Virus record (IMG/VR): IMGVR_UViG_3300047562_003246
Span: 64,001 to 128,000 of that record
Reading direction: 5' to 3' (one strand)
Length of the DNA: 64,000 bases
Source of the DNA: a virus
Numbering within the stretch: the first letter of the stretch is position 1; every line of letters begins with the position of its first letter. Shown piece after piece: positions 18,301-28,720 of this stretch. Under the pieces are notes generated by a model, which was not told the origin of the DNA, did not search any database, and was given only the letters and a program-made list of their open reading frames with translations. The translations under genes were made by a program, and so were the position numbers.

Positions 18301-19257
18301 ATGCTAGAAACTATGGAAAAAATGTCGCGAGCAGAGTATGAGGCTTTTTCTGAAAGCACATACGAAAAGTTTGCTTCAGGCACTCCAGACCTTGATAAGT
18401 CTGGTGCAGCCGATATGGACGTTCTCGTCCGAAAGATGGTTCGCGAAGGCTCGTACTTCGATTCGATTCTGACACCCAAACAGATCAGTCCTGAAGAGAA
18501 CGTGATCACTGTTGATACCGATCAACACATCATCCTATTCCCTTTTGAACCAGATTCTCCTGGTGCCGTGTCGACGTACTTGGACGGTCCAAGTGACCAG
18601 TTCTATATGTACGGTAAGTACTTTCCGTTGTTCCTGCGAGAGTTCAACACTCACGAAGTCGTGAAGACTCTACTCGAACTGGAGTCGTACAAGTACGATA
18701 TTCGCCAAATCATCGGCGATAACATGGTCAAGGACTTGATCGCCATGACGGATTATCTGGGCATGGATCCGATCAACCGTTTGCTTGGTGCAGCTAACTC
18801 GACGAACTATTACGTCAATCGTCCGCTGTACCACGTACAAAACTCCGCGATCACTTTCAGCTCGTTGAAAGATGCTCAAAAGCCTTTGTACGATGAGCCT
18901 TTCAACCTGGAACCTACTCGGTTCTTGATTGGTCGAACGACTTTGCCTGAAATCGAAAAGACCGCGATTGACGAATTCCGTGGTACTAAGATTGCGGAAG
19001 ACATTTTCAACGGCTCGCTCAAGAGTGGTGAATGGAACGGCATGCCGTTTGTATCAACCACCAAGAAAGCGTTGGTCCCAGAAGGGGCTGTGTTCTTCTT
19101 CCCAGACGAGAAGTACATGGGCCACAGCCGCGAACACACTCCGCCGACCATGTCGGTTCAGCGTAAGCGTGGTCGTATCGGCTTCAGCTACTTCATGATC
19201 AAGGGTATTGCTATCGGCCACTTGGCCTGTGCGACTCGAACCGACTTCCGGTTCTAA
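18301..19257 (+). CDS. Major capsid protein (HK97-like fold)
   Basis: Last gene of the protease-scaffold-decoration block; own SD and strong terminator; REGSYFDSILTP...EPDSPGA...ELESYKYDIRQ..DNMVKD pattern recalled from large-phage capsid proteins. Confidence 0.75.
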   Translation: MLETMEKMSRAEYEAFSESTYEKFASGTPDLDKSGAADMDVLVRKMVREGSYFDSILTPKQISPEENVITVDTDQHIILFPFEPDSPGAVSTYLDGPSDQFYMYGKYFPLFLREFNTHEVVKTLLELESYKYDIRQIIGDNMVKDLIAMTDYLGMDPINRLLGAANSTNYYVNRPLYHVQNSAITFSSLKDAQKPLYDEPFNLEPTRFLIGRTTLPEIEKTAIDEFRGTKIAEDIFNGSLKSGEWNGMPFVSTTKKALVPEGAVFFFPDEKYMGHSREHTPPTMSVQRKRGRIGFSYFMIKGIAIGHLACATRTDFRF

Positions 19258-19288
19258 TCGCTTTGCAGTACGCTTACTGATACCGGAG

Positions 19289-19318
19289 CGGCGATTGGTT
19301 TTCCGGTCGCCGTTTTTT
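19289..19318 (+). terminator. Intrinsic terminator
   Basis: cggcgattgg-tttt-ccggtcgccg then TTTTTT. Confidence 0.85.
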
Positions 19319-19355
19319 ATTTAGCAACAAAGAAAAATTTCTTGAAGGTTCTCAT

Positions 19356-19757
19356 ATGTCACAGAATCAGCAACCACAATGGACCGAAGAAGCGGTTGAT
19401 GCTGTTTACTCGCCTTTCAATGATCACTTGAAAGACCAATTCGTCATGACGTTAGGTGCACGAGGCTATATGCCCAAGACCGCCGAAGAAGCAGAAAACT
19501 GTCTTCAAACGGCGCTTGCACTGCATGAAAAGATTGCCTCCGGTCAAATACAGGCTCCGAGCCGTCATCCTTCGCAACTTGAAATGCTTAACGAAAAAGT
19601 CGCCAGCGCAATCGGTGGATCTCCGCAAGATCAGCACATGCAAGCGCTGTATCAAAACATTCAAGAGAAGGTTGCCGCATCGGTTTACGATCCGTTTACG
19701 TTGTACGCTAGCATCGCAGCCGACAGCCTCGAAAACCAACAACAACAAGCTCAGTAA
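19356..19757 (+). CDS. Small KxA-motif protein, probable head component
   Basis: 4 of its 5 lysines are in K-x-A (PKTAE, EKIAS, EKVAS, EKVAA). Confidence 0.5.
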   Translation: MSQNQQPQWTEEAVDAVYSPFNDHLKDQFVMTLGARGYMPKTAEEAENCLQTALALHEKIASGQIQAPSRHPSQLEMLNEKVASAIGGSPQDQHMQALYQNIQEKVAASVYDPFTLYASIAADSLENQQQQAQ

Positions 19758-19837
19758 TTTGTTGTTAGTGAGCAGCTACAATATAGCTAGCTCTAAAACG
19801 TTAAACAAATCAACCTGATATATAAAGGTATTTGCAT

Positions 19838-20176
19838 ATGTCGGCATCGATCACCTGTCTGTACACCACAGTTGTGAATTCCAGTGGTGCAGAAAGAATT
19901 TTTGGCTTCTTGCCTCCGCGAGGACGCAAGCTAGCAGCAGACGCTGAGTTCGCTGAAATCGGCAGTGTCGTCGATTGGATGCAAGGTCGTGGTGGTTTAT
20001 CGCCGCTTCCTGAAAAGCAATTCAAAGCGTTTAATCGGGCAATTGTAGACGGCGACTTGTACATCAAGTCGACACCGGCAGTTGCTCTTTACGATGAAAC
20101 AGCGACTCAAACTCAGATCCTGACCTTGGATGATGGTTCATTTGCAGCAGCTGATCCTTGTTGGGAACCGGCTTAA
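19838..20176 (+). CDS. Hypothetical virion protein
   Basis: ORF track 19832..20176; ATG 19838 with AAAGG upstream. Confidence 0.45.
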   Translation: MSASITCLYTTVVNSSGAERIFGFLPPRGRKLAADAEFAEIGSVVDWMQGRGGLSPLPEKQFKAFNRAIVDGDLYIKSTPAVALYDETATQTQILTLDDGSFAAADPCWEPA

Positions 20177-20212
20177 GCTGTAACCGTCGTTACCTCTGTC
20201 TAACGTCGTCTT

Positions 20213-20255
20213 ATAAAGGTACTAAGCGATAATAAGCTTAGTACCTTTATTTTTT
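20213..20255 (+). terminator. Intrinsic terminator
   Basis: Perfect 15-bp stem ataaaggtactaagc / gcttagtacctttat then TTTTT. Confidence 0.9.
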
Positions 20256-20272
20256 GTTTACCGAGGGCTCTT

Positions 20273-21112
20273 ATGTCAGATCTTATTCTCCCAGGGCAGT
20301 CCAGCTTAAATGATTGCCCGACTATGCCGCTGGATCTAGGCTACCAAATACCTGCAGGTATATCAGCTACGCTGTGCGTGCCGGACGGACAAAGAGAGCC
20401 TGGCGCATATAAAGCAATCTTTACGCCTGTTACTTGTGGCGGCGAACCCATTGATGTTGATATCGCTATTGACGAAGTTATCGTTGATGACTGTGGATTT
20501 AAAATTCCTGTACCAAACGAAGTTGCCGACAACGTAGGTATTTACAGCGTCGAGTTTGCCAAAATGGTCGACGGAAGACCCTCAGGTATTAAGTCCGCAG
20601 TAATCAGCGTCGAAGAGTCTGCATGGGCGCAGGATCCTACAAAACCAGTCGGGATTACGATCGACCGAATCCGCATGCATATGCGAGATACCGAAGCCGG
20701 TGGTGCTGTAATTGAAGGCTACGAGTATTCCACCAAAGAAATCATCAGCTGCTTACTCAGACCAATCGAGTACTGGAACGACACGCCGCCTCCGAACTCC
20801 ATAAAGTTCAGCTCACCTCAGTCTTTCCCATACACGTACAACTGGATGGAAGCAACGATCTCTTGTTTGCTTAAGATCAGTGCCACTTGGTACCTACGAC
20901 AGAGTAAACGAATGACTTACAGTGGTGGATTAACTACGGATGATCGCGATAAAGCAGACAAGTATTTGGCGCTAGCCATGCAAATGTGGGCCAAATACGA
21001 GATGTTTGTGCAACAAACTAAGTTAGCAATTATCCGCAATCAAGGAATCTATCCGACTCCTAGTGCTTTACCGGTGGCTGACTTCGGTTCTTCCATGCCT
21101 CGAAGGTGGTAA
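20273..21112 (+). CDS. Head-tail adaptor (neck) protein
   Basis: C-terminal RMHMRD...EYSTKEI...YWNDTPP...YSGGLTTDD.DK...Y pattern of head-completion proteins; position after capsid gene. Confidence 0.6.
   Translation: MSDLILPGQSSLNDCPTMPLDLGYQIPAGISATLCVPDGQREPGAYKAIFTPVTCGGEPIDVDIAIDEVIVDDCGFKIPVPNEVADNVGIYSVEFAKMVDGRPSGIKSAVISVEESAWAQDPTKPVGITIDRIRMHMRDTEAGGAVIEGYEYSTKEIISCLLRPIEYWNDTPPPNSIKFSSPQSFPYTYNWMEATISCLLKISATWYLRQSKRMTYSGGLTTDDRDKADKYLALAMQMWAKYEMFVQQTKLAIIRNQGIYPTPSALPVADFGSSMPRRW
20627..20640 (+). repeat. Dispersed 14-mer, exact copy
   Basis: Read directly; in-frame AQDPT; followed by AAAA. Confidence 0.95.
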
Positions 21113-21114
21113 GC

Positions 21115-21927
21115 ATGTCTTGCGATTGTCCAGTCGATCAAATCTTTATCCTGCCATATGTAGACGGTGGGACGATTCTTTCGTGGTCGTTTCGTAAAGG
21201 TTTGACATTCTCACCGAGTGACAGTATCGAGATCCAGGTATCCAGACACGATACAACCGATGACGCTGCTTGGTCTGTTATAGGTACTGTGCCTATCGAA
21301 ACGCTACAGTATGTTGACTCGCCGAGAAGATCTTACGGTAGCCAGGAACGTGTGTATTACCGGCTAAGAATACTGCCTTACAATTGCTACACCGAAAGCA
21401 AACCGATGCTTGCCGGTGTAACCGATTGTCGCGTTAGAGGCGACATTCGTGAGATTATTCGTCGCGAGCGATCCCGACATAAATCCGGAGAAGCTCAAAA
21501 AGGCGTACTACTCAAACGCAAATATTCCGGCGTTAGATGCACAACCTGCTCTGATCCTGATTACCCAGACAGACTAATTAATTCAGATTGTCCTGTTTGT
21601 TTTCGTACAGGCTATGTCGGTGGTTATTTTTTAACGCCCAATTTTTTTGCTGACTTAAATCAGTATGGGTCTGCGGGTCAGCGAGGCGAGTATCACGACA
21701 TTGAAGGAGCGGACTCAACCACGTCACTACAGTACTTAAACATTCCCGATGTTCAAGTCGGTGATGTCTGGGTGGACACACAATCTGATCAGCGTTGGTT
21801 AGTCGATCAAATTAAAACAGTCGCCAGAGTTGGTAGCTATATTTTGATCGCTGCTGCTGGAGTGACAAAACTTAATACCGATGACATTGTTTATAAAGTG
21901 CCGGTACCGCTCGAAATGCGAAGGTAA
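21115..21927 (+). CDS. Neck/head-closure protein with Ig/FN3-like N terminus and Zn finger
   Basis: RCTTCSD...CPVCFRTGYVGGY Zn-binding motif; C-terminal GDVWVD..QRWLV beta-barrel pattern. Confidence 0.55.
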   Translation: MSCDCPVDQIFILPYVDGGTILSWSFRKGLTFSPSDSIEIQVSRHDTTDDAAWSVIGTVPIETLQYVDSPRRSYGSQERVYYRLRILPYNCYTESKPMLAGVTDCRVRGDIREIIRRERSRHKSGEAQKGVLLKRKYSGVRCTTCSDPDYPDRLINSDCPVCFRTGYVGGYFLTPNFFADLNQYGSAGQRGEYHDIEGADSTTSLQYLNIPDVQVGDVWVDTQSDQRWLVDQIKTVARVGSYILIAAAGVTKLNTDDIVYKVPVPLEMRR

Positions 21928-21930
21928 CCT

Positions 21931-22101
21931 ATGCCCAAACCTATTCCAGGAATGACCGATTTTGTTAAGCAATCGCAAGAATTTCCTAAAAAAGAAAACC
22001 AAGAAAGACCTGAGAAGACCTATAATAATCAAACAGCGGTCTACTCTCTTTATGACGACGTAGATCCTAAAGAAGTAGCCCGTATTCTAGGTGCCAGGTA
22101 A
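21931..22101 (+). CDS. Small hypothetical protein (56 aa, below the ORF-track cutoff)
   Basis: MPKPIPGMTDF...RILGAR; fills the gap exactly, AAGG SD, TAATG coupling to the next gene. Confidence 0.55.
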   Translation: MPKPIPGMTDFVKQSQEFPKKENQERPEKTYNNQTAVYSLYDDVDPKEVARILGAR

Positions 22102-22721
22102 TGTCAGAAGCCGTTTACACCTCTCCGGAGCAAGTAAGAAATGCTTTGGTAAGTCAGTGCTATCTACTCACTGGCTTTCTTAGTAATTTGCTGCGTAGAC
22201 GGTTTGCTGTGAATACCTCTCTTCCTTCATCAATCGGTCGACTTCGCTATGCTCCTGAAGTCGCCAACAGGACGATTGAAATTGGTACGCGTGACGAAAT
22301 CAAACGCACCGATTGGCAGTTGAGGCCCAGCATTATTATTCGTCGCAACAGTCTGACGACAAAAAATCTAGGCATCGATGAAGGTAAACTTGTTACTTTT
22401 GGCAACGAAGTTTACTCTTCTCACAACACGCTATACGTCGGCAGTCACACAGTACTGTGTTTATCAAAGACTGAAGCTGAGAGTGAATTGATCGCACTCG
22501 ACACACATCTTTATATAAATCGTTTTCAAGCCCAGATACGCAAAGCTCTGTGCTTGCTTAGAATACGGGTAAACGATATCGGACAAACGGGGCTGTTAAA
22601 AGAGGACACTCAGGTATTCGCTACCCCGTTTACAATATTTTATGCGTATGATCAGCCCTTCGTCAGGTACCCGATCACACCTAACATCAGATTTATTAAC
22701 GTCAATTCGACTATAGGATAA
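22101..22721 (+). CDS. Putative tail terminator/completion protein
   Basis: Size and position immediately before the sheath gene. Confidence 0.5.
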   Translation: MSEAVYTSPEQVRNALVSQCYLLTGFLSNLLRRRFAVNTSLPSSIGRLRYAPEVANRTIEIGTRDEIKRTDWQLRPSIIIRRNSLTTKNLGIDEGKLVTFGNEVYSSHNTLYVGSHTVLCLSKTEAESELIALDTHLYINRFQAQIRKALCLLRIRVNDIGQTGLLKEDTQVFATPFTIFYAYDQPFVRYPITPNIRFINVNSTIG

Positions 22722-22727
22722 GCAGTA

Positions 22728-25487
22728 ATGACCGGTTTTGCTCCTGGTATTGAACTACGTCGTGTTTTTGAAAACATCACTTCTGTAGCTGCTTCACGGT
22801 TAGGTGCCTATTTCTTTGGACCTGCTGCTGATGTTTACGACTACGTTGCCGGAGGTGACAACGTCGGCAAGCTTGGTCAGTATAACCCTGAAGCCACGAC
22901 TCTTGTTGATGGTGTTGCGAAAAACGTTTTTACGTATCCAGAAAAGCGTCTCGGTGGCACGGTGGATTTAGATACAACTAAGTTGTACATCACCAACGCG
23001 CTACTAAAATATTTTGAAGACACAGGCGGAAACGCTGTGAAAAAGTCGCGTAATTCAATTCATTTGGCTGACACTGTGGTGAGGTCAGGAAATGGTGCAT
23101 TTGCCGATGTCAATTTGCCTAGTCGTGAAGTACAGATTGGCGATGTTGTTCGTATTAAAGCAACTATCCCAGAAGTAGGCGCATACGAGCTTAATAGCTA
23201 TATCACCGGTTTCATCGCAGATAAAAAAGCTGTTGTTATTGGCAGCCCTGTTGCTGGCGCGGCAAACGCAGTAGAACCAGCAGGTGCGCCTGTTTCAACA
23301 GTAACTGCTGTAGCTAACGGCGCGATCGCAGCAAACTCAACGATTGAGGCAGTTGGTGATATTGAAAACTACGAAGGCTACGCTTCCGGTAGGTTACAGG
23401 AAACCTACACAATCGAAGCACTAAACAGTTCTGTCGCAGGATCTGTCGCCAACACTCGGTTTCGTATTACAAGTGCAGACGGACAAGATAACGTCGCTGA
23501 TACTTTGATCGGTAGCGGTGGTGTGCTGACAGTCGGTACCCGAGGTGCGACAGTAACTTTCACAGCTGAAGCCGGTGAATCCATTCTTATCGGACAACGA
23601 TGGGTTTTCTCAATCAAGCAAGAATACGAAGCACCTACAGTGACTATCACTGGCGCTTACACTGGAACGCGTTCACGTACTTACATCATTGAAATCGTAG
23701 AAGGTGGTGTGTTAGGGGACGATATTGTTGCAAGAGTGCTTACTGAAGACGGAAGTGACCAATCAGGACCGTTCACTCTCGTTAAGGCTGTAGGTGCTGC
23801 GACTGTACCGGTAGCACTTGGTAACTACGGGTTGTTGTTCTCTCTGGGAACTACATTTGGTTTGGTGACCGGCGATCGGTGGAAGGTTACTGCAACTGCT
23901 GCTGCGGATGACAAGATTCGAACCATCGTTTTGGCTCATTCATTAAGTGAGGCGATTACGGTCGATACGCCGATGAATATTCAAGTGGAGTTCATGCTGC
24001 GTCGTAGTATTGAAGTTCCAAGGATGCTTGGCGGAACAACAGTATGGGAAGCACGAGAAAACGACATCTTGGTTAGCCCAGGTATGACTGTTTATTTGAG
24101 TGATGTTACTGACAAGAACGGAGCTGATCTGCCACTTGAAGTGGTCAGGCCCGTTGTCAATAACGCGGATAATCAAGCCGAGCTTGCTTATCGCGTTTTT
24201 CATCCCCGATCGACCGAGCTGTTGACACTTTCGTCCGAAACGTCACTCGATACTGCTGTGCCGGGGCCGACCAGTGTCGATAATCCGCTGAAGTTAATGC
24301 TGAGCGTTGCCCGAGCAGACGCCGGTGGTGTGCCGCTTTATTATTTCTGTGTCGGTGATCCATCTGTGGAAGCGAACTGGGACGCTGCACTTAAGGCTGT
24401 CACGTTTACAACGCAAGTCAACGGTCTTGTACCGTTGACACAAGATCCTGTGATTCAGCAAAAAGTACACGCTCACGCTGTTGCGATGTCAGGTCCTCTA
24501 GTCAAACGATGGCGACGTGCTTGGTTGTCTTTGTCGATGAACAAAGTCAAACAAATTACCAACGCCGACGAAGTTGAACTGGCAACTATTCTCGATGACC
24601 CAGACACCGCCGGACTCCAGTCGACTCTGGTAGGTTTCACCAGCGAAGTTGATTTGCTGGACCTAGGAGTACGTCCTGGTGACGTGTTGCGATACAACTA
24701 CGGAATCGACCTACATGGGAATGTCACTTACGACGAAGCTGTGATCGATCGTGTTATCAACGCTGACACGCTAAAGCTGAAAACTTCGATCGGCGAACCA
24801 GAAATCATTGCTCGCAAAGTTGAAATCCATCGCAACCTACAGGGCGCTGATTTTATTCCAGAGTTTCAATCGAAGCTTACGGCTTACGATGAGTTTGCCC
24901 GAGTGTTCATGCCTGAGTATCAGATCGGTACGCAGACTGTACCTGGGTTTTACGCCGCAGGAGCCATGGCCGCTCGAAGATCTGGTTACCTGCCACATCG
25001 TCCTATGACCAATACGGATGTAAACACTTTCACAGGAACACCGTGGGAAGACTTGTTCGAAGAAAGCGACATTAACGACCTAGCTTTTGCAGGTATGTTC
25101 TTGTTTACCCGAGACCCGGCTTCTGGTCTGATAACGGTTCGTCACGCAATCACGGCTGGTGATTACACTAATGTGCTGTTACGAGAAGAATCGGTCCAGG
25201 CCAATGCTGACGACTTGTCGTTTAGAGTCGCGGCAAAGTTGTCGCCTATCTTTGGTAAACTCAACCGAAACACTCAGACACTAGCGAGGATCAATACAGA
25301 GATTGCTTCGCTGGCTAACGAGATCGCAAGTGAAGGCATTAATAGTCCCTACGGGCCGCAGGTTATATCACTCGATTCGTCTGGTTCCAGATTTTCACCC
25401 GCAGAACGAGATACCATTCTTGTTGATATAATCGGTGAAACGCAGGTACCTGCCAACAGAATCAGAACGACTATGTATTTCGTGTAA
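22728..25487 (+). CDS. Contractile tail sheath protein
   Basis: 919 aa; inserted beta-domains; C-terminal LVPLT, PHRPMTN, VRHAIT, REESV..NAD pattern typical of sheath; followed by a tube-sized gene. Confidence 0.8.
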   Translation: MTGFAPGIELRRVFENITSVAASRLGAYFFGPAADVYDYVAGGDNVGKLGQYNPEATTLVDGVAKNVFTYPEKRLGGTVDLDTTKLYITNALLKYFEDTGGNAVKKSRNSIHLADTVVRSGNGAFADVNLPSREVQIGDVVRIKATIPEVGAYELNSYITGFIADKKAVVIGSPVAGAANAVEPAGAPVSTVTAVANGAIAANSTIEAVGDIENYEGYASGRLQETYTIEALNSSVAGSVANTRFRITSADGQDNVADTLIGSGGVLTVGTRGATVTFTAEAGESILIGQRWVFSIKQEYEAPTVTITGAYTGTRSRTYIIEIVEGGVLGDDIVARVLTEDGSDQSGPFTLVKAVGAATVPVALGNYGLLFSLGTTFGLVTGDRWKVTATAAADDKIRTIVLAHSLSEAITVDTPMNIQVEFMLRRSIEVPRMLGGTTVWEARENDILVSPGMTVYLSDVTDKNGADLPLEVVRPVVNNADNQAELAYRVFHPRSTELLTLSSETSLDTAVPGPTSVDNPLKLMLSVARADAGGVPLYYFCVGDPSVEANWDAALKAVTFTTQVNGLVPLTQDPVIQQKVHAHAVAMSGPLVKRWRRAWLSLSMNKVKQITNADEVELATILDDPDTAGLQSTLVGFTSEVDLLDLGVRPGDVLRYNYGIDLHGNVTYDEAVIDRVINADTLKLKTSIGEPEIIARKVEIHRNLQGADFIPEFQSKLTAYDEFARVFMPEYQIGTQTVPGFYAAGAMAARRSGYLPHRPMTNTDVNTFTGTPWEDLFEESDINDLAFAGMFLFTRDPASGLITVRHAITAGDYTNVLLREESVQANADDLSFRVAAKLSPIFGKLNRNTQTLARINTEIASLANEIASEGINSPYGPQVISLDSSGSRFSPAERDTILVDIIGETQVPANRIRTTMYFV

Positions 25488-25511
25488 TTCACGATATCAG
25501 GATTTTCCAAT

Positions 25512-26024
25512 ATGAATGACGTATTCGGCGCAAAGAGTCAGGTTTTCGGTGGAGCATTTTCTGCCGATGAATCTGAAATTCAGTTCGGCCTATCTAACGG
25601 CAATCAAGACAGTGACGAGCTGGGTCTAGCGATCGAGCAAGCACAATTCCAGTACATGCAGCGTATTGGTAAAGCATTCGATATCACTCGAAACGCTGTT
25701 TATGTCATTCGTGGTCGCAGCGAAGGTAACGGCACGTTCAACCAAATTGCTGGTGTGCGAGCTATCACTGAAGAGTTTCTTCGTACCTACGCTGATGTCT
25801 GTTCGATGGATAAGAACATTTTGAACTTTGAAACAAGTTCAGGCTGCGGTACGACCCGAGAAGTTCGGGAAGCTTTCCGATTGCAGTCGTTGCTTTTGAT
25901 CGGCATCAGCCAACAGGTTTCTGGTGAAGATATGATGATCCGCCGAGGTTTGCCATTTACGTTCTTATCGCTTGAACACCAAACGGCTCAGGCAACGCGA
26001 ACTGCTGTTAATACCTTAGTCTAG
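25512..26024 (+). CDS. Tail tube protein
   Basis: 170 aa beta-rich protein directly after sheath. Confidence 0.7.
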   Translation: MNDVFGAKSQVFGGAFSADESEIQFGLSNGNQDSDELGLAIEQAQFQYMQRIGKAFDITRNAVYVIRGRSEGNGTFNQIAGVRAITEEFLRTYADVCSMDKNILNFETSSGCGTTREVREAFRLQSLLLIGISQQVSGEDMMIRRGLPFTFLSLEHQTAQATRTAVNTLV

Positions 26025-26107
26025 CTGTAGCTGTCAGCGAGTTTATCTCTAAACTTAAGCTAGCTTACGTTAGAATACGTCTTGTTTCTTTTATACAAGG
26101 CGTATTC

Positions 26108-28720
26108 ATGACAAAAAACTCTGATTTCGGCGCAGGGATTATTGACGAAGTTCTATTCGTTATGGCTTCGATTCCTGTCTATGATCCCAACGAACCTTAC
26201 AGTGACGTTTTCGGCTTAAGGGCCTCTGCGGAAAGGTCTACGCTTCCAGACGCACAGCTTGTTACCGGCACTGTTCATTTGGTTTTTCCTTACGTAAGTT
26301 ACGCCAAGCTCCAGGGAGACCATGGTCGCGGTGTTATAAGATGCTTCACAGGTTCGCTAACCCAGGTACCTAACCATCTACAAGCGTTCCATGTGTCTGC
26401 TGACCTAGACACGAATATCGGTACGCTTGTACATAAGACACCGCAAAATAGAATCCTTAGCCGTGACAGCTACAGTGACGTTGTTGTACACGGTTCAGGT
26501 GTAGGATTTTACGCACAAGAAGTTTATCGAAAACAGTTTGATACTTACGACAACTGCGGTGTGCTGGATTTTAATACCGGTGAACCGTTCGATCAGTTAC
26601 CGGGAGATTGGGGACATATTTTCAGTACAGGCGTAGGTATACATGCAGATGAATTGATGTTATTTATGCGTGTGAGCGAGACCTGCGGTGTGTTTGGTTA
26701 TTACATTGATTCGGTTTTGCGTATCGCTGGTGAGCAATTAGAGATAGAGTCCGACGCTCACTTACAGAAATTTGGGAATGACACGGGTGAGCTATATCAG
26801 GAAAGTAGCTATTTTTATACGCCATGGGAGATGCAAGGATTTTTTGATCCCAACTACCAACAGGACAATATCAAAACAAACGATCCAGCTAAGGTTGCCC
26901 GTGAAGGTGGGTTTGTATGGGAACCGAATAACTCAGACCAGAAACAGTTTGCAAGGTTTACCGAATACGGAGGCTATCTCAGTCAAGGAAGCCTACTGGT
27001 TTGTGGAGCAATATCTGAAGATATCAAAGAAATTACACAGTCCGATCTTGAAAAACAAAGTGGACTAGCTAAACAGTATTTTGGTGTCGGTGGTCAAGTA
27101 TTAATCGAGTCAGCTAAACGTATCACTATTGCAAAATCGGCTGTAGGTTATGTTCCTGTAAGAAAACAAAATCCGGACAGTACAGCCGAGGAAGCAGACA
27201 ACCTGGATAACTATAAGTTCAGCGGTGTATTTGGCGAAGGAGATGACCATGTTTATAAGGATCTTCGACCGACTCACGAGGATCCACATATACGTGCTGC
27301 TGGCGATCAAGTTTATGCGATGGATTTGTTTGCCATCGATAGTGCGTATAGCTGCCTACATGTATTTGCACAACATAAAAATGATTTTGCAATTAGCTCT
27401 CCGGCAACGCTTCAAGAAAACGCTGGATTAGATTTTTCTAGTTTATCCTCGTCCGATAGGATATTACCGCCAGCAGGCTCAGATCTACATTTAGATCGCG
27501 ATAAACTGCAAAAGCTTTTTCAGTTGGCTAGCCTAATTCAGCTTACTGACGAGGGCGCAATAATTATTCAGGAAGCTATGGGCGGTAGCATTACGCTCAA
27601 AAACGGTGTAATTACACTCAGCGGTACATCTATTCGATTGCACGGAGGCAAAGCTGTTCATATAGCAGGTGGTAGAGTTATTTCTAGATCTGTACTCGAT
27701 ACTGACATACTGTCAGGACATGGACGTGTTCGCATAAAGTCCGAAAAAGACTTCATGCTTGTGGCTGCATGCGGTGGTACTGGAGGAGTACTTATTGAAA
27801 ATCGCGGAACAGGAGCTACACATAGTTTTCCAGCTGAACCCGATGATATTCAGGTAGCTGGTGTAGTTATTAAAAGTTCAAAGACCCCGTTTCAAGTCTT
27901 ATCTGCCGGGACTTATATTCGTTCTGGTATAGATGCGGCGAAAGTTTCCCCTGGCGATATTATTCTTGACGCTGCTGCTGGTAAGTCAAATATTATTACT
28001 AGATCTTCAGAGATAAATCAATTTGTCTCCTCACATGTTTGGACGTTGTTTGGTACTTCGCCCAATAATATCTCTATAGCAAACGTATCTAACAGTACTT
28101 ACAGTAAATTCGGTGCTTGGCTAGGTATTGACGGTAGTGTTGTTGTTAGCGGAGGTATACAAGCGCAAGACAACATCATTTCAGCCGGGGTTGTTGGTAC
28201 GGCTCAGTATCCGCAGAAAGTCAAAGATGCTGTCAATCAAATGAACAAACAACTAGAAGACGATATCAAACGTTCGAGGGAAGTTTTAACGTCTAGAGTT
28301 GAAGTGCAGTATGAAAAGGCCGGTAAAGCAGGTAATAACACAACAGCTGCCAGTATTAGCTTCGGTTTCCCATCTTCCGATCGCTACAACGCCGGTAAAG
28401 TTGTTTTTGCTGAGCCTTATTGGCAGAAGCTTGTAAATGCGACGAGCAGTAACATCGCTCAAGGCTGGCAAGAACCGGTAGTTAAGTACAAACCCGATAG
28501 AGATAGCCGTGATACTCACGCTTGGCCTGGACAAGAAGCTTGGTCTGAGTCCAAAAACTGGGTAAAGTCAGATGATACAAAAGTTGGGCTGTTTGATGTT
28601 AAAAAGCAAACGCCGAAGCACCCCGTTACAGACAAAGAAAAATATCTTACTGTGATGGAACAAGAAGAGTTACCACTTAAAACCGACACGATTGCAAACG
28701 GACTGAAGTATTTACCATGA
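26108..28720 (+). CDS. Putative baseplate central spike / VgrG-gp5-like protein
   Basis: OB-fold-like N-terminal part and long beta-strand repeat region (GAIII..MGGSITLKNGVITLSG.SIRLHGG); positional inference. Confidence 0.5.
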   Translation: MTKNSDFGAGIIDEVLFVMASIPVYDPNEPYSDVFGLRASAERSTLPDAQLVTGTVHLVFPYVSYAKLQGDHGRGVIRCFTGSLTQVPNHLQAFHVSADLDTNIGTLVHKTPQNRILSRDSYSDVVVHGSGVGFYAQEVYRKQFDTYDNCGVLDFNTGEPFDQLPGDWGHIFSTGVGIHADELMLFMRVSETCGVFGYYIDSVLRIAGEQLEIESDAHLQKFGNDTGELYQESSYFYTPWEMQGFFDPNYQQDNIKTNDPAKVAREGGFVWEPNNSDQKQFARFTEYGGYLSQGSLLVCGAISEDIKEITQSDLEKQSGLAKQYFGVGGQVLIESAKRITIAKSAVGYVPVRKQNPDSTAEEADNLDNYKFSGVFGEGDDHVYKDLRPTHEDPHIRAAGDQVYAMDLFAIDSAYSCLHVFAQHKNDFAISSPATLQENAGLDFSSLSSSDRILPPAGSDLHLDRDKLQKLFQLASLIQLTDEGAIIIQEAMGGSITLKNGVITLSGTSIRLHGGKAVHIAGGRVISRSVLDTDILSGHGRVRIKSEKDFMLVAACGGTGGVLIENRGTGATHSFPAEPDDIQVAGVVIKSSKTPFQVLSAGTYIRSGIDAAKVSPGDIILDAAAGKSNIITRSSEINQFVSSHVWTLFGTSPNNISIANVSNSTYSKFGAWLGIDGSVVVSGGIQAQDNIISAGVVGTAQYPQKVKDAVNQMNKQLEDDIKRSREVLTSRVEVQYEKAGKAGNNTTAASISFGFPSSDRYNAGKVVFAEPYWQKLVNATSSNIAQGWQEPVVKYKPDRDSRDTHAWPGQEAWSESKNWVKSDDTKVGLFDVKKQTPKHPVTDKEKYLTVMEQEELPLKTDTIANGLKYLP

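Noticed and set aside
4601-19830. ctgatata(t)aaa at 4601 and 19816 as a late promoter consensus
   Set aside because: Only two loose copies, one overlapping a terminator stem; not found upstream of other late operons.
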